NCBI GenBank assembly: GCA_026413945.1
Contig: JAOAJX010000003.1
Coordinates: 32,001-96,000, forward strand
DNA length: 64,000 nt
Direction of reading: 5' to 3'
DNA from: Candidatus Iainarchaeum sp.
Lineage (GTDB): Archaea; Iainarchaeota; Iainarchaeia; Iainarchaeales; DTGL01
The position numbers and the translations under genes are program-made. Position 1 is the stretch's first letter. The number at the start of each line of letters is the position of its first letter. The notes under the pieces are model-generated. The model ran no database searches. It saw only the letters and a list, made by a program, of their open reading frames with translations, and was not told where the DNA came from. Shown one piece after another: positions 19,988 to 28,440 of this stretch.

Positions 19988-20561
19988 TAGCGCCTGTGAA
20001 AAAAACATCAGGGCTATTGGCATAGATGATGGCTTTTTCAAACAAAAGCAGACCAGAAGCACAAGAATAGTTGCCGTTTTAATGAGAGTCGATTCTCGAA
20101 TAGAAGGAATACTTTTTTCAGATGCGGCAGTTGATGGTCTAGATTCAACACAAAAAATTGTTGAAATGCTTTCCAGCAATAGGCGTAAATTCATTGGACA
20201 AGCAAAGGCGATTTTCCTTAGCGGAATAAACTTTGCCGGATTCAACATAGTCGATACAAATGAACTTTATTCTGTGCTTAAGGTTCCTATAATTGTAGTT
20301 TTTAGAAAAAGGCCAAGAATGCAAAAAATAGCAGGAGCACTAAAACACTTTAATGACTTTGAAATAAGGGCACAGCTTATAAAAAATGCAGGCAGAATTT
20401 ATAAGGCCGAGAAAATATTTTTCCAATGTAAAGGCATAAAGCCAAAAGAAGCTTCAACTCTTATAAAGCTTTTCTCTTTGCACTCAAATCTTCCTGAGCC
20501 GGTTAGAATTGCACATCTCGTTGCAAGCGCATCCACACTTGGAAGAAGCACTTCGCCTTAA
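19950..20561 (+). CDS. DUF99 family (endonuclease V-like) protein; start uncertain
   Basis: IRAIGIDDG, VDGLDST, GINFAGFNIVD, PEPVRIAHLVA. Confidence 0.85.
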   Translation: MSLSRSLRKPLNNSACEKNIRAIGIDDGFFKQKQTRSTRIVAVLMRVDSRIEGILFSDAAVDGLDSTQKIVEMLSSNRRKFIGQAKAIFLSGINFAGFNIVDTNELYSVLKVPIIVVFRKRPRMQKIAGALKHFNDFEIRAQLIKNAGRIYKAEKIFFQCKGIKPKEASTLIKLFSLHSNLPEPVRIAHLVASASTLGRSTSP

Positions 20562-20594
20562 ATTTTTGATGTTATAATTATTTGCTGTGATTGT

Positions 20595-21464
20595 ATGTCC
20601 TCGAGGGAAAAGATTAGGCCTGGAAGGAAATTAAAAAAAGAGAAGGGCAAAAGCAGAATATTGCTTGAAAGAATTACTAATAAGTTGAAATGGATTGATC
20701 CTTTCACTTATACTGATATATTTCTAGAGAAAATTGGACATAAGAAAAATAAGCTCGTTGCATGGCCTGTTGAGATCTTGGTTGCTTTCATTACCGCTTG
20801 GCTTTTATACCTAATATTCGGCTTTTTGCTTGGCACAAAGACACCCGCTGTGGTAGTGGTAAGCGGCTCAATGATACCAACCTTCTACAGGGGTGATATA
20901 ATGGTTTTGCAAGGTGCCACTTATAATTCCTTAAAAGCACCTGAAATTATTATCAACGAGAATATTGCTGGAAAACGCATCCGTGAATACGCTGTTTCAT
21001 ACTGTTCTCTTAGCAATAGCGATGAGCTTGTTGAATGCTCAAAATACTTTTTGCAAAGATGCAAAAGTGGGATTAAAACAAAAAAAGTTTGCATTATAAA
21101 CACAGGCGAATGCGTTGAAATTGGCAAAGATGGGGATATTGTTGTTTATTTTTCTGATACGCTTCGCGAGCCAATAATACATCGCGTTGTTGTCAAGATT
21201 AAAGCAAAGGATGGCAATTTTGTTCTTACGAAAGGCGATAACGCCAACACAAATTGTTTCCTTGACCAAGATGGCGGCATAGCAAGTAGTGCTGTTCCTA
21301 TCGAATTACTTGATGGCAAAACTGTTTTTATGGTGCCTTACCTCGGCTATATCAAGCTTTTACTCATGGATGATCTCCCTTGCGTAATAAGCAACCTTAT
21401 AAAGTCAGGCAAATATGATATTTGCACAAGATACTGGCCTGATGGCCGTCTTGGCTTTGGTTAA
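20595..21464 (+). CDS. sec11: Signal peptidase I (Sec11/S26B type) with Cys-rich insertion
   Basis: VVVSGSMIP (catalytic Ser), RGD, IIHRVV (His), TKGDNAN, VPYLG. Confidence 0.9.
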   Translation: MSSREKIRPGRKLKKEKGKSRILLERITNKLKWIDPFTYTDIFLEKIGHKKNKLVAWPVEILVAFITAWLLYLIFGFLLGTKTPAVVVVSGSMIPTFYRGDIMVLQGATYNSLKAPEIIINENIAGKRIREYAVSYCSLSNSDELVECSKYFLQRCKSGIKTKKVCIINTGECVEIGKDGDIVVYFSDTLREPIIHRVVVKIKAKDGNFVLTKGDNANTNCFLDQDGGIASSAVPIELLDGKTVFMVPYLGYIKLLLMDDLPCVISNLIKSGKYDICTRYWPDGRLGFG

Positions 21465-21507
21465 GAAAAATGCTACTTTTTTAAACCTAAACTTTGTATT
21501 TTTTTAC

Positions 21508-22191
21508 ATGGTTACTGCTAGTGAGCTCATGGAGATTGGCTTTACTGAAGAACAGGCAAAATCACTTCTAGAAAATGATTACTTCAAGAAGCAGTATTGT
21601 CCATGGACAAAGGAGCGCCTAACAGTCAAAATAAATCTCATAATTTCATTTTATGGAATAAAAAATGCACAAAAAGTTTTTAGCGCAGTTTCACAATATC
21701 CGCAATTCCTTAGCACCGATCATGAAAAAGCACTCCTAAAAATCAATGAATTTATACCACAGCTCAAAAAAAACAAAATAGCGGAGCTTATTCTGGCAAA
21801 CCCTTACTTAGTTTCAATGGACTGCAAGAAAGCATTTTCGTCAGCTTTAAAGGTTTATGGCAAGGAAAATGCCCCTGATGTTTTGCTATCTCTCCTTACG
21901 TTTCCTGGCTTCTCAAGGAAAAACCATAAAAAGAATCTCCAGAAGCTTCTTAAGATTTATGGTGATGAGTACAAACAAAGCATAATTCAAGCAATGCTTC
22001 GCGTTCCAGATTTTCCAAACTTCAATCACAAAGAAGCTATAAAAAAAGTCTTTAGGGAAGGCAAGGCAGCCGGGCTAACTGATAAGCAGTGTGTTGAGAT
22101 TCTTCTTAATATTGGTGCAAAGGCTGATTTTTCGCTAAAGAGTGCAAAAGAAGCAAAAGCAGCATTTGAAAAGATTGTTTCAGCGGAATGA
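21508..22191 (+). CDS. Helical tandem-repeat protein (mTERF-like ~35-aa repeats)
   Basis: Repeats YPQFLSTDHEK / NPYLVSMDCKK / FPGFSRKNHKK / VPDFPNFNHKE; likely start ATG 21508. Confidence 0.6.
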   Translation: MVTASELMEIGFTEEQAKSLLENDYFKKQYCPWTKERLTVKINLIISFYGIKNAQKVFSAVSQYPQFLSTDHEKALLKINEFIPQLKKNKIAELILANPYLVSMDCKKAFSSALKVYGKENAPDVLLSLLTFPGFSRKNHKKNLQKLLKIYGDEYKQSIIQAMLRVPDFPNFNHKEAIKKVFREGKAAGLTDKQCVEILLNIGAKADFSLKSAKEAKAAFEKIVSAE

Positions 22192-22235
22192 AGCTTAGCA
22201 ATCCCTTTTTAAAAGAATTTAGCGAACCACTTTTT

Positions 22236-22622
22236 ATGGCTCAACAGGATCCATTGGCAGATTTTGAGGAAAATTTTGAGATTGGTACTGAAAAGCAATT
22301 TAAGAGAACTCCCGCAAAGGAATGCTACTTAAATGAGATAACAGGCAGCGAGCGCAGGATTGCGGCAATTGTTAGTATTATTTCTCTGAACCCCGAAGCA
22401 AAAACCGTGCTTGTATCTGATGGTACTGCAGAAGCAATTGCAATTTGCGAAAGATCTGAAATTTTTAGCCGCTTTAAAAAAGGAGCCATCATGCGGATAA
22501 TTGCAAACCCATTGAGCACAGCACCCATAAAGCTGAACCTCGAGATAGCACAAGAATTAAAAGATTTTGATGCTAATCTATTCAGAAAAGTAAAACAAGA
22601 GTGGGGAAAATTAAGGCAATGA
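22236..22622 (+). CDS. Small OB-fold protein, RPA3/RPA14-like replication protein A subunit
   Basis: KRTPAKE..LNEI, RIAAIVSI, LVSDGTAEA, C-terminal helix; directly upstream of PCNA. Confidence 0.7.
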   Translation: MAQQDPLADFEENFEIGTEKQFKRTPAKECYLNEITGSERRIAAIVSIISLNPEAKTVLVSDGTAEAIAICERSEIFSRFKKGAIMRIIANPLSTAPIKLNLEIAQELKDFDANLFRKVKQEWGKLRQ

Positions 22623-22623
22623 G

Positions 22624-23379
22624 GTGATTTATATAAGACTTGTATTTGAGAATGCAAATGCATTCAGGAAGAACATCGAGGCAATAGCAGCCTTGATTGA
22701 TGAAGCCGAGTTTATCGTAAGTGAAAAAGGCTTAACACTCAAAGCAACGGACCCGAGCCAAATAGCAATGGTTGACTTTGAAATGCCTAAAAACTCATTT
22801 AAGGAATTTCAAGTTGATAAGGAATTAAAGCTCGGGGCTGATATGGACTACTTCAGGCAGATAATGTCAAGGGCAAAGGCAGATGATGTTATCGTGCTTG
22901 AAATTGGTGCAGATAAAGCCGCCCTTTCTATAAAATTTCTAGGTAAATCCTCAAGAAGTTTTTCAATGCCTTTGATTGACGTTTCAAAAGGCCAAATCCC
23001 AAATCCAAAAATAGAGTTTGAAGCTGAGCTTTCTTTGAAAGCCGGGCTCATTCAAGACTCTTTGAAGGACGCAGAAATACTCTCAGCCCACATAATCTTT
23101 GGAGTTAGAAACGGAATCTTTTATGTATCTGCAAACAGCAGCAGAGGAACATTTGCCCACGAGGTTCAAAAAAACGATAGCTCAATTAAAAAGTTTGAAG
23201 CGACTAAAGATTGTAAAGCAATGTTTCCGCTTGACTATCTCAAAAATATGCTGAAAGTCCTTTCTAGCGAAGACGAGCTGAAACTTTTTCTAAAAAGTGA
23301 TGCGCCACTCAAGCTCGAGTTTATGAATGAAAAGGCAAGAATAACGTATTATCTCGCGCCAAGGATTGATGTTGAGTAG
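22624..23379 (+). CDS. pcn: PCNA sliding clamp, copy 1 (canonical)
   Basis: LIDEAEF, LKATDPSQIAMVD, FSMPLID, FPLDYL, YYLAPRI. Confidence 0.95.
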   Translation: MIYIRLVFENANAFRKNIEAIAALIDEAEFIVSEKGLTLKATDPSQIAMVDFEMPKNSFKEFQVDKELKLGADMDYFRQIMSRAKADDVIVLEIGADKAALSIKFLGKSSRSFSMPLIDVSKGQIPNPKIEFEAELSLKAGLIQDSLKDAEILSAHIIFGVRNGIFYVSANSSRGTFAHEVQKNDSSIKKFEATKDCKAMFPLDYLKNMLKVLSSEDELKLFLKSDAPLKLEFMNEKARITYYLAPRIDVE

Positions 23380-23396
23380 CTTTCAGTTGAATGCAA

Positions 23397-24275
23397 TCAG
23401 AGTGCTATTAATGCTACTCCCACGGCGGCAAGTAATGCACCCAATGCTTTTAATTTGAGGCTTTCTTTGCTAAAATCCTCTTTAAAAAAATTTGGCAATA
23501 AGCTGCTTAAAGCATAAGATAAACTAAAAACTATGATGGGTTGTATGCCGCCAACAGCACCTATGAGAGCTGCTTCTGCCATATGCAATGAATTTAATCT
23601 GAGAATGTGCCCAAATAAAAAGCAAACTTGGCTTGCAAATGCAATTTTTATTAGTTTTGGCTTTTCCCTAAAATTTTCAAAAAGTTTTTTCAGATAAATT
23701 GGCGAAAATGCTGTTATCGCCAAAACAGCAATTATCATATTCCATAAGAAAACACTCCATGCATCATATTTTTGAAGCACGGACTTAAGAGTTATGAAAT
23801 ATATTGCAAAAATAAATGAGCTTGCTGTAGCAGCGATTGACCAGCGATCAAACTTTAGCCCACTTTTTTTTGAAACAAGCAGTGAAGCCGTAACTATGCT
23901 AATTACACCTAAAACTTTAACTGCACTTGGCCTTTCTCCTAGAAAAATTATGGCTAATATCATTATGAATACTGGTGCAGTTTGCAGCACAACAATAATG
24001 CGAGAGGCTTCAGATTTTTGCATTATCTTGTAATAAAGAGCACCACCCACCATGCCAAGAAGAGTTGCGATTGATAGTGCTAAAAATGACTCTCCATCCA
24101 ACATTGCTGGCGGCCATATAATAGTTAAAATTGCCAGAATTGGGGCCATAAGAATATTACATGCAGCAATGCTCAAAAGTGGGTTTTTAGTGTATCTGTC
24201 AACAAGAATTTTATCAAATATGTTTGCAAATGAGAAGAAAAATATTGCGGAAATAATAAGTAATAGCCAAAGCAT
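23397..24275 (-). CDS. EamA/DMT family transporter
   Basis: About 10 TMs in two repeats, LAIIFLGER, FFKED. Confidence 0.88.
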   Translation of the reverse strand: MLWLLLIISAIFFFSFANIFDKILVDRYTKNPLLSIAACNILMAPILAILTIIWPPAMLDGESFLALSIATLLGMVGGALYYKIMQKSEASRIIVVLQTAPVFIMILAIIFLGERPSAVKVLGVISIVTASLLVSKKSGLKFDRWSIAATASSFIFAIYFITLKSVLQKYDAWSVFLWNMIIAVLAITAFSPIYLKKLFENFREKPKLIKIAFASQVCFLFGHILRLNSLHMAEAALIGAVGGIQPIIVFSLSYALSSLLPNFFKEDFSKESLKLKALGALLAAVGVALIAL

Positions 24276-24385
24276 TATTCTTGCTATAATGGAAAGGTTT
24301 ATATATTTTAAAGCCGTTGCTATTTTTCAAAAGCAGGGAAACAATTTAAATTCTTCTCACCCTATTCTTAATAGGCGGTGTTGGG

Positions 24386-25108
24386 ATGATACAGGTTTCG
24401 AAAGTCCAGCCTTTTCAAGCAGCAATTCGTGCAGTTGCAAGCTTTATATCTGAAGCGAATTTCAGGTTCAACGAAAATGGTCTTTCTCTAAAAGCCATAG
24501 ATCCAAGCCAGATAGTGCTAGTAAGCTATACTGCGCCAAAGGATTTTTTCAGCAAGTTTTCCGTTGAACCAGCGCTAATCGGCTTAGATATGGAAGAGCT
24601 CAATAAGGTTGTAAAAAGGGCATCATTAACAGATACCCTTTCCATAAGCATTGAAGACTCCTTCTTGAGCATTTCTGTTTCTGGGACGCTTGAAAGGACA
24701 TTTAAGTTGCCGCTTATTGATGTGCTTGAAGAAGATCCAGAAATACCAGAAATACAGCACGATGCGAAGATTGAAATACAGGCACGCCTTCTTCAAGAAG
24801 CTCTGAAGGATGCTGCGCTTTTCGAGAGTAGCGTTGTTTTGCGGGTTGAGAACTCAAAGCTTTTCATTGAAGCGAGAGGATCTCACGGAATGCTTAAAAC
24901 AGAAGCAAAGCATCAGGATCTTGTGAAAGTAAAGGCAAAAGCAAACGTTGTTGGAAAATATTCCCTTAATTTCCTTGAAAACATTGTAAGGGAAGCTGAT
25001 CCGAACGAAATGATAACAATGGAGCTCAAAAACGAGACACCAATGAAAATAAGCTACAATATAGGCTCAACCAAAATACAATTTTACCTAGCACACATGA
25101 TTTTGTAG
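24386..25108 (+). CDS. pcn: PCNA sliding clamp, copy 2 (divergent)
   Basis: FISEANF, LKAIDPSQIVLV, FKLPLID, YSLNFL, FYLAHMIL. Confidence 0.92.
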   Translation: MIQVSKVQPFQAAIRAVASFISEANFRFNENGLSLKAIDPSQIVLVSYTAPKDFFSKFSVEPALIGLDMEELNKVVKRASLTDTLSISIEDSFLSISVSGTLERTFKLPLIDVLEEDPEIPEIQHDAKIEIQARLLQEALKDAALFESSVVLRVENSKLFIEARGSHGMLKTEAKHQDLVKVKAKANVVGKYSLNFLENIVREADPNEMITMELKNETPMKISYNIGSTKIQFYLAHMIL

Positions 25109-25111
25109 TTT

Positions 25112-26059
25112 CTAATGCAAGCGGCGGATTCTTTTGCCCAATTGCCTCTGTGTTCTTCCTGCAAAGAAACTCTTTTCTTCGGCACTCATTCCCTTGATTT
25201 TTGATAGGAGTCCACTCCATATGATGCCTTCCGAACATTTTAGGCCTAATCTTTTAGCAATTTCTTTTTTTGTTTGTTCAGTAGCATGATGTATTTTTCT
25301 TGAAATCTCTATTTCTTGGTCTGGTGTGCCACTGCTGCCATATGCCGCACTAATTCTTTGCATGACTTTACCAAAATCAAAAGTTGCTGCTGTCCTTACG
25401 TTTGCTGTCCTTTTTACAATCTCGTCTGGCCTCATTAACGTGAGCACATGGCGAAGATTTGCCCGTGTTTTAGCTGCTTTTTTGCCGCCACCACAGAGTT
25501 TCCTCAAAAATAGCAGTACTTTATCTTTTGAGACATGCCTTTCCTGGAAATGCAACAAATGACTTAAATAAGCAATATCGTCAATTCTTCTATGCCATGG
25601 CCTTGTTGGCGAAGCTGCGCCAAAAATCAGCTTTGCAACAAGGAAGTTTATATCTGGCAATATTACTATAAACTTGCCTGCGCTTTTTGTTTCAACAGGC
25701 ACCCTTAAGACAGGCACTTTGACGTCAGTAGCTTCAACATGTATGTAAATAGCTTCTTTGCCACCAATTTTGCACTCGAAAACGCACCTTCTTGGCTGCG
25801 TGTCAGAATGCCCTTTCAGCTCCCTGAATTTTGGCAAGCCTATTGTTCTTGCAATCTCATTCAAAACTTTTAATGCTTCATCTGGTTTGCCACTATAAAA
25901 CATAGTGAAATCGAGGTCGTTTTCCCTTCTTTTTCTAAATTGCTCTGGCAGGTAAAGACCTATTGCAAGACCACCGCTTAACGCTAACCCCTTGTTTGAT
26001 GCTGCTTTGACTAACAATGCAACTTCTTCCAGACTTATGCTCTTTGGTTGGGTTTCCAT
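25112..26059 (-). CDS. AbiEii/type IV toxin-like nucleotidyltransferase
   Basis: Pol-beta-type motif LSGGLAI...RRENDLDF, later LVAKL and RRIDDI. Confidence 0.6.
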   Translation of the reverse strand: METQPKSISLEEVALLVKAASNKGLALSGGLAIGLYLPEQFRKRRENDLDFTMFYSGKPDEALKVLNEIARTIGLPKFRELKGHSDTQPRRCVFECKIGGKEAIYIHVEATDVKVPVLRVPVETKSAGKFIVILPDINFLVAKLIFGAASPTRPWHRRIDDIAYLSHLLHFQERHVSKDKVLLFLRKLCGGGKKAAKTRANLRHVLTLMRPDEIVKRTANVRTAATFDFGKVMQRISAAYGSSGTPDQEIEISRKIHHATEQTKKEIAKRLGLKCSEGIIWSGLLSKIKGMSAEEKSFFAGRTQRQLGKRIRRLH

Positions 26060-26184
26060 AGGTAAGAATTACTTTGCTACCACTTAAATTTTTTTTGTTT
26101 ATCTTCTTAACATCAAACCTCTGCGGAAGTTAGAGGAAGCTAAGCCTAAAAGCTTTTAAAACAAGTTTGTTGGTGAAGCTTTTT

Positions 26185-27207
26185 ATGGTAGATTTCCCCC
26201 TGGAGGAACTATTTTTCTGTGCTCGTTATCCATATTCCGAGAGAGCAAAGAAAATTGTCAAACGCTTGAACCCATCTCTTGATGAGCTCGACTCAGCAAC
26301 AAAAGGGCTTGCTAAGTCAATCCTACAAAAAGCTCTAATTGGTAAACCATACGATGTGCCTTTTCAAGACCGCGAGTCATTAAAGAGTGCTGTGATTGCG
26401 TATCATGTTGCCAAGATAATGGTTTCAACTCTGGGAAATCACAAGTATTATTTCTACTTTTCACGCTCTATGCAGAGAGGCACGCTGAACTTTATAGAAA
26501 AATCAAAAAAAGCTTCAGCTATAAGCCCTGACATAGAGGAGCTTGCAGATGATTTTGGCTTGAAATTTTATACAAAAGAAATGTCTGGCAAAACTTATTT
26601 TGAGCTCTCCGTCGTTGATTTCTTGAGTGCGCCTAGCAAAGAAGAGTCGCTTAAGCTAATAAATCAAAACATTTTTCAAGGAAAGATATGGCTGGATGAA
26701 AACCGATTTTCAAGGTTTCTCTCTGAGAAAGCAATGAGCACAGTTTTATCCTCCCTTCCGGTAAGTAGTGTTGCAACAAAAGAAATACAAGAACTTGCTG
26801 TTGAAGCGCTAAAAGATTCAGTAATTAGCAGAAAGGAATCTTCCGCACTTGGCACGGATCTTCAGGCAATGCCGCCCTGCATGGAGCGTCTTTATTCAGA
26901 TCTTACTTCAGGGAATAAGCTTTCACATATGGAAAACTTTGCTCTTGCAGCATTTCTTGCAGCCATAGGTCTTTCTGAGGAAAAGATTTTGCAAGCATTT
27001 TCCCATGCGCCAAACTACGATGAAAAGGTTGCAAGGTATCATATTTCAAGAATTTTACGCGGAAAGCAAGGTAGAAATTATTTGCCTTTATCTTGTGCCA
27101 AGATGCAAAGCTATGGCTTCTGCATCGCAAACTGCAATGTCAAGAACCCACTGAATTATTACCGCAATGCCCTCAAATCAAAAGGTGGTGCTGTTGGCAG
27201 AACTTAG
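26185..27207 (+). CDS. priL: DNA primase large subunit
   Basis: RYPY, MPPCM, HMENFALAAFL, SC...C...C..KNPLNYY Fe-S domain. Confidence 0.92.
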   Translation: MVDFPLEELFFCARYPYSERAKKIVKRLNPSLDELDSATKGLAKSILQKALIGKPYDVPFQDRESLKSAVIAYHVAKIMVSTLGNHKYYFYFSRSMQRGTLNFIEKSKKASAISPDIEELADDFGLKFYTKEMSGKTYFELSVVDFLSAPSKEESLKLINQNIFQGKIWLDENRFSRFLSEKAMSTVLSSLPVSSVATKEIQELAVEALKDSVISRKESSALGTDLQAMPPCMERLYSDLTSGNKLSHMENFALAAFLAAIGLSEEKILQAFSHAPNYDEKVARYHISRILRGKQGRNYLPLSCAKMQSYGFCIANCNVKNPLNYYRNALKSKGGAVGRT

Positions 27208-28438
27208 AGAAGAAGATTTTCTTAGAGAGCACTTTAGGCGCTTTTACGCTTCAAATGAGATAAAAAGCGTTCCAAGTGTTGAGATGCGTGAATTCGGCAT
27301 AGGTGCTTTTGGAAAGAAAATAGCGAGGAGGCATATAAGTTTCTCCACAAATAAAGACCTTAATTTTTTCCTAAGGACTGAGGTTCCATTGTTCATATCG
27401 TGCTCAGCCGCTTACTATAAGGATCCAGCAGCAAGGCCTATGGAGAGCAAAGGCCTTATTGGTTCTGACCTAGTGTATGAGTTTGATGCATCTGATGTTG
27501 ATTCCGACTGCAAACAGAAGCATGATTTCTGGATGTGCGAAAAATGTGGGAAAACATATAAGTTTGTTGCAGATAATTGCGACAATTGTGGTGGAAAACT
27601 TAGTCAGTTCAAATTTCCGTGTGAAAAGTGCATTGGCGAGACAAAGAAACAAACATTCCGCCTTATAAATATTTTGGTTGACGAGCTCGGCTTCAGCAAT
27701 ATCTACTTAAATTTCTCCGGCAATGCCGGTTATCACGTGCACGTTCGTGATGCCGGAATAAAAGGACTTTCTCAAGATGCCCGCTTGGCAATAGTTGATT
27801 ATCTTACAGGGGAAGGATTTTCTTTCGAGAAGAGCGGCTTTGATTTTGAAAACTTGCTTTGCCCAAAAATTAATGAAGCAAAAGGCCTTCGGAAAAGGAT
27901 TTTGGATCGCATGATTTTTTTTGTGTGTGAAAGCAGCTCTGATTGGTTGTTCCAATTTGGCAGTATTTCTTTGAGCACAAGCCAAAAGCGTTCTGCAAAG
28001 GTATTTGTTAGAAATATTGTTGAGAACCGCCAAAAGGCAGTTTTGCAGATTCAGAGCGGAGTGCTTCCTTTATTTGGCTCTAAAAGCATAGCTGCTTCTT
28101 TCTGGAAGGCCATTGCCGAAAACTCCTTGAGGCTGGAATCTTTTCCAATAGATAGGCAAACATCAGCAGATATTTATAAAATTGTTAGGGTGCCGGATAC
28201 TTTGCATGGCTCTACTGGCTTTATTGCAAAGACAATAAGCGTTGACTTACTCAATGATTTTGATCCTTTTGAGCATGCTTTGGCTTTTGGAAATGGCCAA
28301 ATAAAGGTTTTTATTAGTAAGGCACCAGAATTTAAAATACAAGGCGCCAAATTTGGCCCTTTTGAAAAAGAGGAAGTGCAGCTTCCAGAAAATGCTGCGA
28401 TTTACCTCTTAGCAAAAGGTGTTGGGAAATTAGCTTAG
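27194..28438 (+). CDS. priS: DNA primase small (catalytic) subunit with extended Zn-binding insertion
   Basis: REFG, RHISF, SAAYY.DP, LVYEFDA, FSGNAGYHVHV, IDRQTSADIYKIVRVPDTLHG; probable TTG start after GGTGG. Confidence 0.93.
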   Translation: MAELREEDFLREHFRRFYASNEIKSVPSVEMREFGIGAFGKKIARRHISFSTNKDLNFFLRTEVPLFISCSAAYYKDPAARPMESKGLIGSDLVYEFDASDVDSDCKQKHDFWMCEKCGKTYKFVADNCDNCGGKLSQFKFPCEKCIGETKKQTFRLINILVDELGFSNIYLNFSGNAGYHVHVRDAGIKGLSQDARLAIVDYLTGEGFSFEKSGFDFENLLCPKINEAKGLRKRILDRMIFFVCESSSDWLFQFGSISLSTSQKRSAKVFVRNIVENRQKAVLQIQSGVLPLFGSKSIAASFWKAIAENSLRLESFPIDRQTSADIYKIVRVPDTLHGSTGFIAKTISVDLLNDFDPFEHALAFGNGQIKVFISKAPEFKIQGAKFGPFEKEEVQLPENAAIYLLAKGVGKLA

Positions 28439-28440
28439 GG

